Origin: Eledone cirrhosa
Taxonomy: Eukaryota
Assembly (NCBI GenBank): GCA_964016885.1
Contig: CAXHJY010000264.1
Span: forward strand, 496,001-560,000
Direction of reading: 5' to 3'
Length of the DNA: 64,000 nt
This document shows positions 27,801 through 43,300 of this stretch, in pieces. Position 1 is the stretch's first letter; each line of letters opens with the position of its first letter. The translations under genes and the position numbers were made by a program. The notes under the pieces are model-generated. The model had not been told where the DNA came from. It did no database searches and saw only the letters and a list, made by a program, of their open reading frames with translations.

Positions 27801-30800
27801 CTCCTACACACTACATCTGATTGCTTTTATACCTAGTTTCTCCCAGTTCATCCATACACATCACATGTCTATACCAACAGTCTCCTCTCCTACACACTAC
27901 ATCTGATACCTCTTATACCTAGTCTCTCTCTCCATCCATACACATCACATGTCTATACCAACTCATTCTCCTCTCCTACACACTACATCTGATTCCTCTT
28001 ATACCTAGTTTCTCTCTCAGTTCATCCATACACATCACATGTCTATACCAACACAGTCTCCTCTTCTACATCTGATTCCTCTTATACCTAGTTTCTCTCT
28101 CAGTCCATCCATACACATCACATGTCTATACGAGCAGTCTCCTCTCCTACACACTACATATGATTCCTCTTATACCTAGTTTCTCTCTCCATCCATACAC
28201 ATCACATGTCTATACCAACAGTCTCCTCTCCTACACACTACATCTGATTTCTCTTATACTTAGTTTCTTTCCCAGTTCATCCATACACATCACATGTCTA
28301 TACAAACACAGTCTCCTCTCCTACACACTACATCTGATTCCTTTTATACCTAGTTTCTCTCAGTTCATCCATACACATCACATGACTATACCAACAGTCT
28401 CCTCTCATACACACTACATCTGATTCCTTTTATACCTAGTTTCTCTCAGTTCATCCATACACATCACATGACTATACCAACAGTCTCCTCTCATACACAC
28501 TACATCTGATTCCTCTTATACCTAGTTTCTCTCCCAGTTCATCCATACACATCACATGTCTATACCAACACTGTGTCCTCTCCTACACACTACATCTGAT
28601 TCCTCTTATAGCTAGTCTCTCTCTCAGTTCATCCATACACATCACATGTCTATAGCAACACAGTCTTCTCTCCTACTAACTACATCTGATTCCTCATATA
28701 CCTAGTTTCTCTCTCAGTTCATCCATACACATCATATGTCTATACCAACACAGTCTCCTCTCCTACACATTACATCTGATTCCTCTTATACATAGTTTCT
28801 CTCTTAGTTCATTCATACACATCACATGTCTATACCAACACAGTCTCCTCTCCTACATCTGATTCCTCTTATACCTAGTGTCTCTCTCCGTTCATTCATA
28901 CACATCACATATCTATACCAACACAGTCTCCTCTCCTAGACACTACATCTGATTTCTCTTATACTTAGTTTCTTTCCCAGTTCATCCATACACATCACAT
29001 GTCTATACAAACACAGTCTCCTCTCCTACACACTACATCTGATTCCTTTTATACCTAGTTTCTCTCAGTTCATCCATACACATCACATGACTATACCAAC
29101 AGTCTCCTCTCCTACACACTACATCTGGTTCCTCTTATACCTAGTTTCTCCCTCAGTTCATCCATACACATCACATGTCTATACCAACACAGTCTCCTCT
29201 CCTACAAGTGATTCCTCTTATACGTAGTTTCTCTCTCCATCCATACACATCACATGTCTATACCAACACAGTCTCCTTTCCTACACACTACATCTGATTT
29301 CTCTTATACTTAGTTTCTTTCCCAGTTCATCCATACACATCACATGTCTATACAAACACAGTCTCCCCTCCTACACACTACATCTGATTCCTTTTATACC
29401 AAAGTTTCTCTCAGTTCATCCATACACATCACATGACTATACCAACAGTCTCCTCTCATACACACTACATCTGATTCCTTTTATACCTAGTTTCTCTCAG
29501 TTCATCCATACACATCACATGACTATACCAACAGTCTCCTCTCATACACACTACATCTGATTCCTCTTATACCTAGTTTCTCTCTCAGTCCATCCATAGA
29601 CATCACATATCTATACCAACAGTCTCCTCTCATACACACTACATCTGATTCCTCTTATACCTAGTTTCTCTCCCAGTTCATCCATACACATCACATGTCT
29701 ATACCAACACTGTGTCCTCTCCTACACACTACATCTGATTCCTCTTATAGCTAGTCTCTCTCTCAGTTCATCCATACACATCACATGTCTATAGCAACAC
29801 AGTCTTCTCTCCTACTAACTACATCTGATTCCTCTTATACCTAGTGTCTCTCTCCGTTCATTCATACACATCACATATCTATACCAACACAGTCTCCTCT
29901 CCTAGACACTACATCTGATTTCTCTTATACTTAGTTTCTTTCCCAGTTCATCCATAAACATCACATGTCTATACCAACACTGTGTCCTCTCCTACACACT
30001 ACATCTGATTCCTCTTATACCTAGTCTCTTTCTCAGTTCATCCATAACCATTACATGTCTATACCAACATTGTCTCCTCTCCTACACACTACATCTGATT
30101 GCTTTTATACCTAGTCTCTCCCAGTTCATCCATACACATCACATGTCTATACCAAAAGTCTCCTCTCCTACACACTATATCTGATACCTCTTATACCTAG
30201 TTTCTCTCTCCATCCATACACATCACATGTCTATACCAGCAGTCTCCTCTCCTACACACTACATATGTTTCCTCTTATACCTAGTTTCTCTCTCAGTTCA
30301 TCCATACACATCACGTGTCTATACCAACACAGTCTCCTCTCCTACACACTACATCTGATTCCTCTTATACCTAGTTTCTCTCCCAGTTCATCCATACACA
30401 TTACATGTCTATACCAACACAGTCTCCTCTCCTACACACTACATCTGATTCCTCTTATACCTAGTTTCTCTCTCAGTTCATCCATACACATCACGTGTCT
30501 ATACCAACACAGTCTCCTCTCCTACACACTACATCTGATTCCTCTTATACCTAGTTTCTCTCCCAGTTCATCCATACACATTACATGACTATACCAACAG
30601 TCTGCTCTCCTACACACTACATCTGATTCCTCTTATACCTAGTCTCTCTCTCAGTTCATCCATACACATCACATGTCTATACCAACAGTCTTCTCTCCTA
30701 CACACTACATATGATTCCTCTTATACCTAGTTTCTCTCTCCATCCATACACATCACAAGTCTATACCAACACAGTCTTCTCTCCTACACACTACAGATGA

Positions 30801-31636
30801 TTCCTCTTATACCTAGTTTCTCTCTCCATCGATACACATCACGTGTCTATACCAATACAGTCTCCTCTCCTACACACTACATCTGATTCCTCTTATACCT
30901 AGTTTCTCTCTCCATCCATACACATCACATGTCTATACCAACACAGTCTCCTCTCCTACACACTACATCTGATTCCTCTTATACCTAGTTTCCATCTCCA
31001 TCCATACACATCACATGTTATATACCAACACAGTCTCCTCTCCTACACTCTACATCTGATTCCTCTTATACCTAGTTTCTCTCCCAGTTCATCCATACAC
31101 ATCACATGACTATACCAACACAGTCTCCTCTCCAACACACTACATCTGATTCCTCTTATACCTAGTTTCTCTCTCCATCCATACACATCACATGTCTATA
31201 CCAACACACTCTCCTCTCCTACACTCTACATCTGATTCCTCTTATACCTAGTTTCTCTCTCCATCCATACACATCATATGTCTATACCAACTGTCTCCTC
31301 TCCTACACACTACATCTGATTCCTCTTATACCTAGTTTCTCTCTCAGTCCATCCATACACATCACATGTCTATACCAACACAGTCTCCTCTCCTACACAC
31401 TACATCTGATACCTCTTATACCTAGTTTCTCTCTCCATCCATACACATCACATGTCTATACCAACGCAGTCTCCTCTCATACACACTACATCTGATTCCT
31501 CTTATACCTAGTGTCCCTCTCCATCCATACACATTACATGTCTATACCAACAGTCTCCTCTCCTACACTCTACATCTGATTCCTCTTATACCTAGTTTCT
31601 CTCTCCATCCATACACATCATATGTCTATACCAACT

Positions 31637-34600
31637 GTCTCCTCTCCTACACACTACATCTGATTCCTCTTATACCTAGTTTCTCTCTCAGTTCATCCAT
31701 ACACATCACATGTCTATACCAACACAGTCTCCTCTCCTACATCTGATTCCTCTTATACCTAGTTTCTCTCTCAGTCCATCCATACACATCACATGTCTAT
31801 ACCAACACAGTCTCCTCTCCTACACATTACATCTGATTCCTCTTATACATAGTTTCTCTCTTAGTTCATTCATACACATCACATGTCTATACCAACACAG
31901 TCTCCTCTCCTACACACTACATCTGATTCCTCTTATATCTAGTTTCTCTCTCAGTCCATCCATACACATCACATGTCTATACCAACACAGTCTCCTCTCC
32001 TACACACTACATCTGATACCTCTTATACCTAGTTTCTCTCTCCATCCATACACATCACATGTCTGTACCAACACAGTCTCCTCTCCTACACATTACATCT
32101 GATTCCTCTTATACATAGTTTTTCTCTCACTCCATCCATACACATCACATGTCTATACCAACAGTCTCCTCTCCTACACACTACATCTGATTGCTTTCAT
32201 ACCTAGTTTCTCCCAGTTCATCCATACACATCACATGTCTATACCAACAGTCTCCTCTCCTACACACTACATCTGATACCTCTTATACCTAGTCTCTCTC
32301 TCCATCCATACACATCACATGTCTATACCAACTCATTCTCCTCTCCTACACACTACATCTGATTCCTCTTATACCTAGTTTCTCTCTCAGTTCATCCATA
32401 CACATCACATGTCTATACCAACACAGTCTCCTCTTATACCTAGTTTCTCTCTCAGTCCATCCATACACATCACATGTCTATACGAGCAGTCTCCTCTCCT
32501 ACACACTACATATGATTCCTCTTATACCTAGTTTCTCTCTCCATCCATACACATCACATGTCTATACCAACAGTCTCCTCTCCTACACACTACATCTGAT
32601 TTCTCTTATACTTAGTTTCTTTCCCAGTTCATCCATACACATCACATGTCTATACAAACACAGTCTCCTCTCCTACACACTACATCTGATTCCTTTTATA
32701 CCTAGTTTCTCTCAGTTCATCCATACACATCACATGACTATACCAACAGTCTCCTCTCATACACACTACATCTGATTCCTTTTATACCTAGTTTCTCTCA
32801 GTTCATCCATACACATCACATGACTATACCAACAGTCTCCTCTCATACACACTACATCTGATTCCTTTTATACCTAGTTTCTCTCCCAGTTCATCCATAC
32901 ACATCACATGTCTATACCAACACTGTGTCCTCTCCTACACACTACATCTGATTCCTCTTATAGCTAGTCTCTCTCTCAGTTCATCCATACACATCACATG
33001 TCTATAGCAACACAGTCTTCTCTCCTACTAACTACATCTGATTCCTCATATACCTAGTTTCTCTCTCAGTTCATCCATACACATCATATGTCTATACCAA
33101 CACAGTCTCCTCTCCTACACATTACATCTGATTCCTCTTATACATAGTTTCTCTCTTAGTTCATTCATACACATCACATGTCTATACCAACACAGTCTCC
33201 TCTCCTACATCTGATTCCTCTTATACCTAGTGTCTCTCTCCGTTCATTCATACACATCACATATCTATACCAACACAGTCTCCTCTCCTAGACACTACAT
33301 CTGATTTCTCTTATACTTAGTTTCTTTCCCAGTTCATCCATAAACATCACATGTCTATACCAACACTGTGTCCTCTCCTACACACTACACCTTATTCCTC
33401 TTATACCTAGTCTCTCTCTCAGTTCATCCATACACATTACATGTCTATACCAACATAGTCTCCTCTCCTACACACTACATCTGATTGCTTTTATACCTAG
33501 TTTCTCCCAGTTCATCCATACACATCACATGTCTATACCAACAGTCTCCTCTCCTACACACTACATCTGATACCTCTTATACCTAGTTTCTCTCTCCATC
33601 CATACACATCACATGTCTATACCAGCAGTCTCCTCTCCTACACACTACATATGATTCCTCTTATACCTAGTTTCTCTCTCCATCCATACACATCACATGT
33701 CTATACCAATACAGTCTCCTCTCCTACACACTACATCTGATTTCTCTTATACTTAGTTTCTTTCCCAGTTCATCCATACACATCACATGTCTATACAAAC
33801 ACAGTCTCCTCTCCTACACACTACATCTGATTCCTTTTATACCTAGTTTCTCTCAGTTCATCCATACACATCACATGACTATACCAACAGTCTCCTCTCA
33901 TACACACTACATCTGATTCCTCTTATACCTAGTTTCTCTCCCAGTTCATCCATACACATCACATGTCTATACCAACACTGTGTCCTCTCCTACACACTAC
34001 ATCTGATTCCTCTTATACCTAGTTTCTCTCTCTCTCCATCCATACACATCACATGTCTATAGCAACAGTCTTCTCTCCTACACACTACATCTGATTCCTC
34101 TTATACCTAGTTTCTCTCTCAGTTCATCCATACACATCACATGTCTATACCAACATAGTCTCCTCTCCTACTAACTACATCTGATTCCTCTTATACCTAG
34201 TTTCTCTCTCAGTTCATCCATACACATCATATGTCTATACCAACACAGTCTCCTCTCCTACAAGTGATTCCTCTTATACGTAGTTTCTCTCTCCATCCAT
34301 ACACATCACATGTCTATACCAACACAGTCTCCTCTCCTACACACTACATCTGATTCCTCTTATTCCATACACATCACATGTCTATACCAACGCAGTCTCC
34401 TCTCCTACACACTACATCTGGTTCCTCTTATACCTAGTTTCTCCCTCAGTTCATCCATACACATCACATGTCTATACCAACACAGTCTCCTCTCCTACAA
34501 GTGATTCCTCTTATACGTAGTTTCTCTCTCCATCCATACACATCACATGTCTATACCAACACAGTCTCTTCTCCTACACACTACATCTGATTCCTCTTAT

Positions 34601-37600
34601 ACCTAGTCTCTCTCTCAGTTCATCCATACACATTACATGTCTATACCAACACAGTCTTCTATCCTACACACTACATCTGATTCCTCTTATACCAAGTTTC
34701 TCTCTCCATCCATACACATCACATGTTTATACCAACACAGTCTCCTCTCCTACACACTACATCTGATTCCTCTTATACCTAGTTTCTCTCTCAGTCCATC
34801 CATACACATCACATGTCTATACAAACACAGTCTCCTCTCCTACACACTACATCTGATTCCTCTTATACTTAGTTTTTCTCCCAGTTCATCCATACACATC
34901 ACATGTCTATACCAACACAGTCTCCTCTCCTACACACTACATCTGATACCTCTTATACCTAGTTTCTCTCTCCATCCATACACATCACATGTCTATACCA
35001 ACGCAGTCTCCTCTCCTACACACTACATCTGGTTCCTCTTATACCTAGTTTCTCCCTCAGTTCATCCATACACATCACATGTCTATACCAACACAGTCTC
35101 CTCTCCTACAAGTGATTCCTCTTATACGTAGTTTCTCTCTCCATCCATACACATCACATGTCTATACCAACACAGTCTCCTCTCCTACACACTGCATCTG
35201 ATTCCTCTTATACTTAGTTTTCTCCCAGTTCATCCATACACATCACATGTCTATACCAACAGTCTCCTCTCCTACACACTACATCTGATTCCTCTTATAC
35301 CTAGTTTCTCTCTACATCCATACACATCACATGTCTATACCAACACAGTCTCCTCTCCTACACCCTACATCTGATTCCTCTTATAACTAGTTTCTCTCTC
35401 AGTTCATCCATACACATCACGTGTCTATACCAATACAGTCTCCTCTCCTACACACTACATCTGATTCCTCTTATACCTAGTCTCTCTCTCAGTTCATCCA
35501 TACACATCACATGTCTATACCAACACAGTCTTCTCTCCTACACACTACATATGATTCCTCTTATACCTAGTTTCTCTCTCCATCCATACACATCACATGT
35601 CTATACGAGCACAGTCTCCTCTCCTACACACTACATCTGATTCCTCTTATACCTAGTTTCTCTCTCAGTTCATCCATACACATCACATGTCTATACCAAC
35701 ACAGTCTCCTCTCCTACATCTGATTCCTCTTATACCTAGTTTCTCTCTCAGTCCATCCATACACATCACATGTCTATACCAACACAGTCTCCTCTCCTAC
35801 ACATTACATCTGATTCCTCTTATACATAGTTTCTCTCTTAGTTCATTCATACACATCACATGTCTATACCAACACAGTCTCCTCTCCTACACACTACATC
35901 TGATTCCTCTTATATCTAGTTTCTCTCTCAGTCCATCCATACACATCACATGTCTATACCAACACAGTCTCCTCTCCTACACACTACATCTGATACCTCT
36001 TATACCTAGTTTCTCTCTCCATCCATACACATCACATGTCTGTACCAACACAGTCTCCTCTCCTACACATTACATCTGATTCCTCTTATACATAGTTTTT
36101 CTCTCACTCCATCCATACACATCACATGTCTATACCAACAGTCTCCTCTCCTACACACTACATCTGATTGCTTTCATACCTAGTTTCTCCCAGTTCATCC
36201 ATACACATCACATGTCTATACCAACAGTCTCCTCTCCTACACACTACATCTGATACCTCTTATACCTAGTCTCTCTCTCCATCCATACACATCACATGTC
36301 TATACCAACTCATTCTCCTCTCCTACACACTACATCTGATTCCTCTTATACCTAGTTTCTCTCTCAGTTCATCCATACACATCACATGTCTATACCAACA
36401 CAGTCTCCTCTTATACCTAGTTTCTCTCTCAGTCCATCCATACACATCACATGTCTATACGAGCAGTCTCCTCTCCTACACACTACATATGATTCCTCTT
36501 ATACCTAGTTTCTCTCTCCATCCATACACATCACATGTCTATACCAACAGTCTCCTCTCCTACACACTACATCTGATTTCTCTTATACTTAGTTTCTTTC
36601 CCAGTTCATCCATACACATCACATGTCTATACAAACACAGTCTCCTCTCCTACACACTACATCTGATTCCTTTTATACCTAGTTTCTCTCAGTTCATCCA
36701 TACACATCACATGACTATACCAACAGTCTCCTCTCATACACACTACATCTGATTCCTTTTATACCTAGTTTCTCTCAGTTCATCCATACACATCACATGA
36801 CTATACCAACAGTCTCCTCTCATACACACTACATCTGATTCCTCTTATACCTAGTTTCTCTCCCAGTTCATCCATACACATCACATGTCTATACCAACAC
36901 TGTGTCCTCTCCTACACACTACATCTGATTCCTCTTATAGCTAGTCTCTCTCTCAGTTCATCCATACACATCACATGTCTATAGCAACACAGTCTTCTCT
37001 CCTACTAACTACATCTGATTCCTCATATACCTAGTTTCTCTCTCAGTTCATCCATACACATCATATGTCTATACCAACACAGTCTCCTCTCCTACACATT
37101 ACATCTGATTCCTCTTATACATAGTTTCTCTCTTAGTTCATTCATACACATCACATGTCTATACCAACACAGTCTCCTCTCCTACATCTGATTCCTCTTA
37201 TACCTAGTGTCTCTCTCCGTTCATTCATACACATCACATATCTATACCAACACAGTCTCCTCTCCTAGACACTACATCTGATTTCTCTTATACTTAGTTT
37301 CTTTCCCAGTTCATCCATAAACATCACATGTCTATACCAACACTGTGTCCTCTCCTACACACTACACCTTATTCCTCTTATACCTAGTCTCTCTCTCAGT
37401 TCATCCATACACATTACATGTCTATACCAACATAGTCTCCTCTCCTACACACTACATCTGATTGCTTTTATACCTAGTTTCTCCCAGTTCATCCATACAC
37501 ATCACATGTCTATACCAACAGTCTCCTCTCCTACACACTACATCTGATACCTCTTATACCTAGTTTCTCTCTCCATCCATACACATCACATGTCTATACC

Positions 37601-40240
37601 AGCAGTCTCCTCTCCTACACACTACATATGATTCCTCTTATACCTAGTTTCTCTCTCCATCCATACACATCACATGTCTATACCAATACAGTCTCCTCTC
37701 CTACACACTACATCTGATTTCTCTTATACTTAGTTTCTTTCCCAGTTCATCCATACACATCACATGTCTATACAAACACAGTCTCCTCTCCTACACACTA
37801 CATCTGATTCCTTTTATACCTAGTTTCTCTCAGTTCATCCATACACATCACATGACTATACCAACAGTCTCCTCTCATACACACTACATCTGATTCCTCT
37901 TATACCTAGTTTCTCTCCCAGTTCATCCATACACATCACATGTCTATACCAACACTGTGTCCTCTCCTACACACTACATCTGATTCCTCTTATACCTAGT
38001 TTCTCTCTCTCTCCATCCATACACATCACATGTCTATAGCAACAGTCTTCTCTCCTACACACTACATCTGATTCCTCTTATACCTAGTTTCTCTCTCAGT
38101 TCATCCATACACATCACATGTCTATACCAACATAGTCTCCTCTCCTACTAACTACATCTGATTCCTCTTATACCTAGTTTCTCTCTCAGTTCATCCATAC
38201 ACATCATATGTCTATACCAACACAGTCTCCTCTCCTACAAGTGATTCCTCTTATACGTAGTTTCTCTCTCCATCCATACACATCACATGTCTATACCAAC
38301 ACAGTCTCCTCTCCTACACACTACATCTGATTCCTCTTATTCCATACACATCACATGTCTATACCAACGCAGTCTCCTCTCCTACACACTACATCTGGTT
38401 CCTCTTATACCTAGTTTCTCCCTCAGTTCATCCATACACATCACATGTCTATACCAACACAGTCTCCTCTCCTACAAGTGATTCCTCTTATACGTAGTTT
38501 CTCTCTCCATCCATACACATCACATGTCTATACCAACACAGTCTCTTCTCCTACACACTACATCTGATTCCTCTTATACCTAGTCTCTCTCTCAGTTCAT
38601 CCATACACATTACATGTCTATACCAACACAGTCTTCTATCCTACACACTACATCTGATTCCTCTTATACCAAGTTTCTCTCTCCATCCATACACATCACA
38701 TGTTTATACCAACACAGTCTCCTCTCCTACACACTACATCTGATTCCTCTTATACCTAGTTTCTCTCTCAGTCCATCCATACACATCACATGTCTATACA
38801 AACACAGTCTCCTCTCCTACACACTACATCTGATTCCTCTTATACTTAGTTTTTCTCCCAGTTCATCCATACACATCACATGTCTATACCAACACAGTCT
38901 CCTCTCCTACACACTACATCTGATACCTCTTATACCTAGTTTCTCTCTCCATCCATACACATCACATGTCTATACCAACGCAGTCTCCTCTCCTACACAC
39001 TACATCTGGTTCCTCTTATACCTAGTTTCTCCCTCAGTTCATCCATACACATCACATGTCTATACCAACACAGTCTCCTCTCCTACAAGTGATTCCTCTT
39101 ATACGTAGTTTCTCTCTCCATCCATACACATCACATGTCTATACCAACACAGTCTCCTCTCCTACACACTGCATCTGATTCCTCTTATACTTAGTTTTCT
39201 CCCAGTTCATCCATACACATCACATGTCTATACCAACAGTCTCCTCTCCTACACACTACATCTGATTCCTCTTATACCTAGTTTCTCTCTACATCCATAC
39301 ACATCACATGTCTATACCAACACAGTCTCCTCTCCTACACCCTACATCTGATTCCTCTTATAACTAGTTTCTCTCTCAGTTCATCCATACACATCACGTG
39401 TCTATACCAATACAGTCTCCTCTCCTACACACTACATCTGATTCCTCTTATACCTAGTCTCTCTCTCAGTTCATCCATACACATCACATGTCTATACCAA
39501 CACAGTCTTCTCTCCTACACACTACATATGATTCCTCTTATACCTAGTTTCTCTCTCCATCCATACACATCACATGTCTATACGAGCACAGTCTCCTCTC
39601 CTACACACTACATCTGATTCCTCTTATACCTAGTTTCTCTCTCAGTTCATCCATACACATCACATGTCTATACCAACACAGTCTCCTCTCCTACATCTGA
39701 TTCCTCTTATACCTAGTTTCTCTCTCAGTCCATCCATACACATCACATGTCTATACCAACACAGTCTCCTCTCCTACACATTACATCTGATTCCTCTTAT
39801 ACATAGTTTCTCTCTTAGTTCATTCATACACATCACATGTCTATACCAACACAGTCTCCTCTCCTACACACTACATCTGATTCCTCTTATATCTAGTTTC
39901 TCTCTCAGTCCATCCATACACATCACATGTCTATACCAACACAGTCTCCTCTCCTACACACTACATCTGATACCTCTTATACCTAGTTTCTCTCTCCATC
40001 CATACACATCACATGTCTGTACCAACACAGTCTCCTCTCCTACACATTACATCTGATTCCTCTTATACATAGTTTTTCTCTCACTCCATCCATACACATC
40101 ACATGTCTATACCAACAGTCTCCTCTCCTACACACTACATCTGATTGCTTTTATACCTAGTTTCTCCCAGTTCATCCATACACATCACATGTCTATACCA
40201 ACAGTCTCCTCTCCTACACACTACATCTGATACCTCTTAT
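31637..40240 (+). repeat. Near-perfect 3977-bp tandem duplication (two full units plus the start of a third)
   Basis: Identical ORF translations recur at a constant offset of 3977: 31710/35687/39664, 32512/36489, 34310/38287, 34637/38614. Both units share the 65-bp deletion monomer (~32430, ~36407). Confidence 0.92.
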
Positions 40241-40319
40241 ACCTAGTTTCTCTCTCCATCCATACACATCACATGTCTATACCAACACAGTCTCCTCTCC
40301 TACACACTACATCTGATTC

Positions 40320-43300
40320 CTCTTATACCTAGTTTCTCTCTCAGTCCATCCATACACATCACATGTCTATACCAACACAGTCTCCTCTCCTACATTTGAT
40401 TCCTCTTATACCTACTTTCTCTCTCAGTCCATCCATACACATCACATGTCTATACCAACACAGTCTCCTCTCCTACACACTACATCTGATTCCTCTTATA
40501 CCTAGTTTCTCTCTCCATCCATACACATCACATGTCTATACCAATACAGTCTCCTCTCCTACACACTACATCTGATTCCTTTTATACTTAGTTTCTCTCA
40601 GTTCATCCATACACATCACATGACTATACCAACAGTCTCCTCTCATACACACTACATCTGATACATCTTATACCTAGTTTCTCTCTCCATCCATACACAT
40701 CACATGACTATACCAACAGTCTCCTCTCATACACACTACATCTGATTCCTCTTATACCTAGTTTCTCTCCCAGTTCATCCATACACATCACATGTCTATA
40801 CCAACACTGTGTCCTCTCCTACACACTACATCTGATTCCTCTTATACCTAGTTTCTCTCTCTCTCCATCCATACACATCACATGTCTATAGCAACAGTCT
40901 TCTCTCCTACACACTACATCTGATTCCTCTTATACCTAGTTTCTCTCTCAGTTCATCCATACACATCACATGTCTATACCAACATAGTCTCCTCTCCTAC
41001 TAACTACATGTGATTCCTCTTATACCTAGTTTCTCTCTCAGTTCATCCATACACATCATATGTCTATACCAACACAGTATCCTCTCCTACACACTACATC
41101 TGATTCCTCTTATACATAGTTTCTCTCTTAGTTCATTCATACACTTCACATGTCTATACCAACACAGTCTCCTCTCCTACATCTGATTCCTCTTATACCT
41201 AGTTTCTCTCTCAGTTCATTCATACACATCACATATCTATACCAACACAGTCTCCTCTCCTACACACTACATCTGATTTCTCTTATACTTAGTTTCTTTC
41301 CCAGTTCATCCATACACATCACATGTCTATACCAACACGGTCTGCTCTCCTACACATTACATCTGATTCCTCTTATACCTAGTTTCTCTCGGTTCATCCA
41401 TACACATCACATGTTTATACCAACACAGTTTCCTCTCCTACACACTACATCTGATTTCTCTTATACTTAGTTTCTTTCCCAGTTCATCCATACACATCAC
41501 ATGTCTATACCAACACTGTGTCCTCTCCTACACACTACATCTGATTCCTCTTATACCTAGTCTCTCTCTCAGTTCATCCATACACATTACATGTCTATAC
41601 CAACACAGTCTTCTATCCTACACACTACATCTGATTCCTCTTATACCTAGTTTCTCTCTCCATCCATACACATCACATGTCTATACCAACACAGTCTCCT
41701 CTCCTACACACTACATCTGATTTCTCTTATACTTAGTTTCTTTCCCAGTTCATCCATACACATCACATGTCTATACCAACACGGTCTGCTCTCCTACACA
41801 TTACATCTGATTCCTCTTATACCTAGTTTCTCTCCCAGTTCATCCATGCACATCACATGTCTATACCAACACTGTGTCCTCTCCTACACACTACATCTGA
41901 TTCCTCTTATACCTAGTCTCGCTCTCAGTTCATCCATACACATTACATGTCTATACCAACATAGTCTCCTCTCCTACACACTACATCTGATTTCTTTTAT
42001 ACCTAGTTTCTCCCAGTTCATCCATACACATCACATGTCTATACCAACAGTCTCCTCTCCTACACACTACATCTGATACCTCTTATACCTAGTTTCTCTC
42101 TCAGTCCATCCATACACATCACATGTCTATACCAATACAGTCTCCTCTCCTACCCACTACATCTGATTCCTCTTATACCTAGTTTCTCTCGGTTCATCCA
42201 TACACATCACATGTTTATACCAACGCAGTTTCCTCTCCTACACACTACATCTGATTCCTCTTATACCTAGTTTCTCTCTCAGTCCATCCATACACATCAC
42301 ATGTCTATACAAACAGTCTCCTCTCATACACACTACATCTGATTCCTCTTATACCTAGTTTCTCTCTCCATCCATACACATCACATGTCATCTCCTACAC
42401 ACTACACCTTATTCCTCTTATACCTAGTCTCTCTCTCAGTTCATCCATACACATTACATGTCTATACCAACATAGTCTCCTCTCCTACACACTACATCTG
42501 ATTGCTTTTATACCTAGTTTCTCCCAGTTCATCCATACACATCACATGTCTATACCAACAGTCTCCTCTCCTACACACTACATCTGATACCTCTTATACC
42601 TAGTTTCTCTCTCCATCCATACACATCACATGTCTATACCAGCAGTCTCCTCTCCTACACACTACATATGATTCCTCTTATACCTAGTTTCTCTCTCCAT
42701 CCATACACATCACATGTCTATACCAATACAGTCTCCTCTCCTACACACTACATCTGATTTCTCTTATACTTAGTTTCTTTCCCAGTTCATCCATACACAT
42801 CACATGTCTATACAAACAGTCTCCTCTCCTACACACTACATCTGATTCCTTTTATACCTAGTTTCTCTCAGTTCATCCATACACATCACATGACTATACC
42901 AACAGTCTCCTCTCATACACACTACATCTGATTCCTCTTATACCTAGTTTCTCTCCCAGTTCATCCATACACATCACATGTCTATACCAACACTGTGTCC
43001 TCTCCTACACACTACATCTGATTCCTCTTATACCTAGTTTCTCTCTCTCTCCATCCATACACATCACATGTCTATAGCAACAGTCTTCTCTCCTACACAC
43101 TACATCTGATTCCTCTTATACCTAGTTTCTCTCTCAGTTCATCCATACACATCACATGTCTATACCAACATAGTCTCCTCTCCTACTAACTACATCTGAT
43201 TCCTCTTATACCTAGTTTCTCTCTCAGTTCATCCATACACATCATATGTCTATACCAACACAGTCTCCTCTCCTACAAGTGATTCCTCTTATACGTAGTT

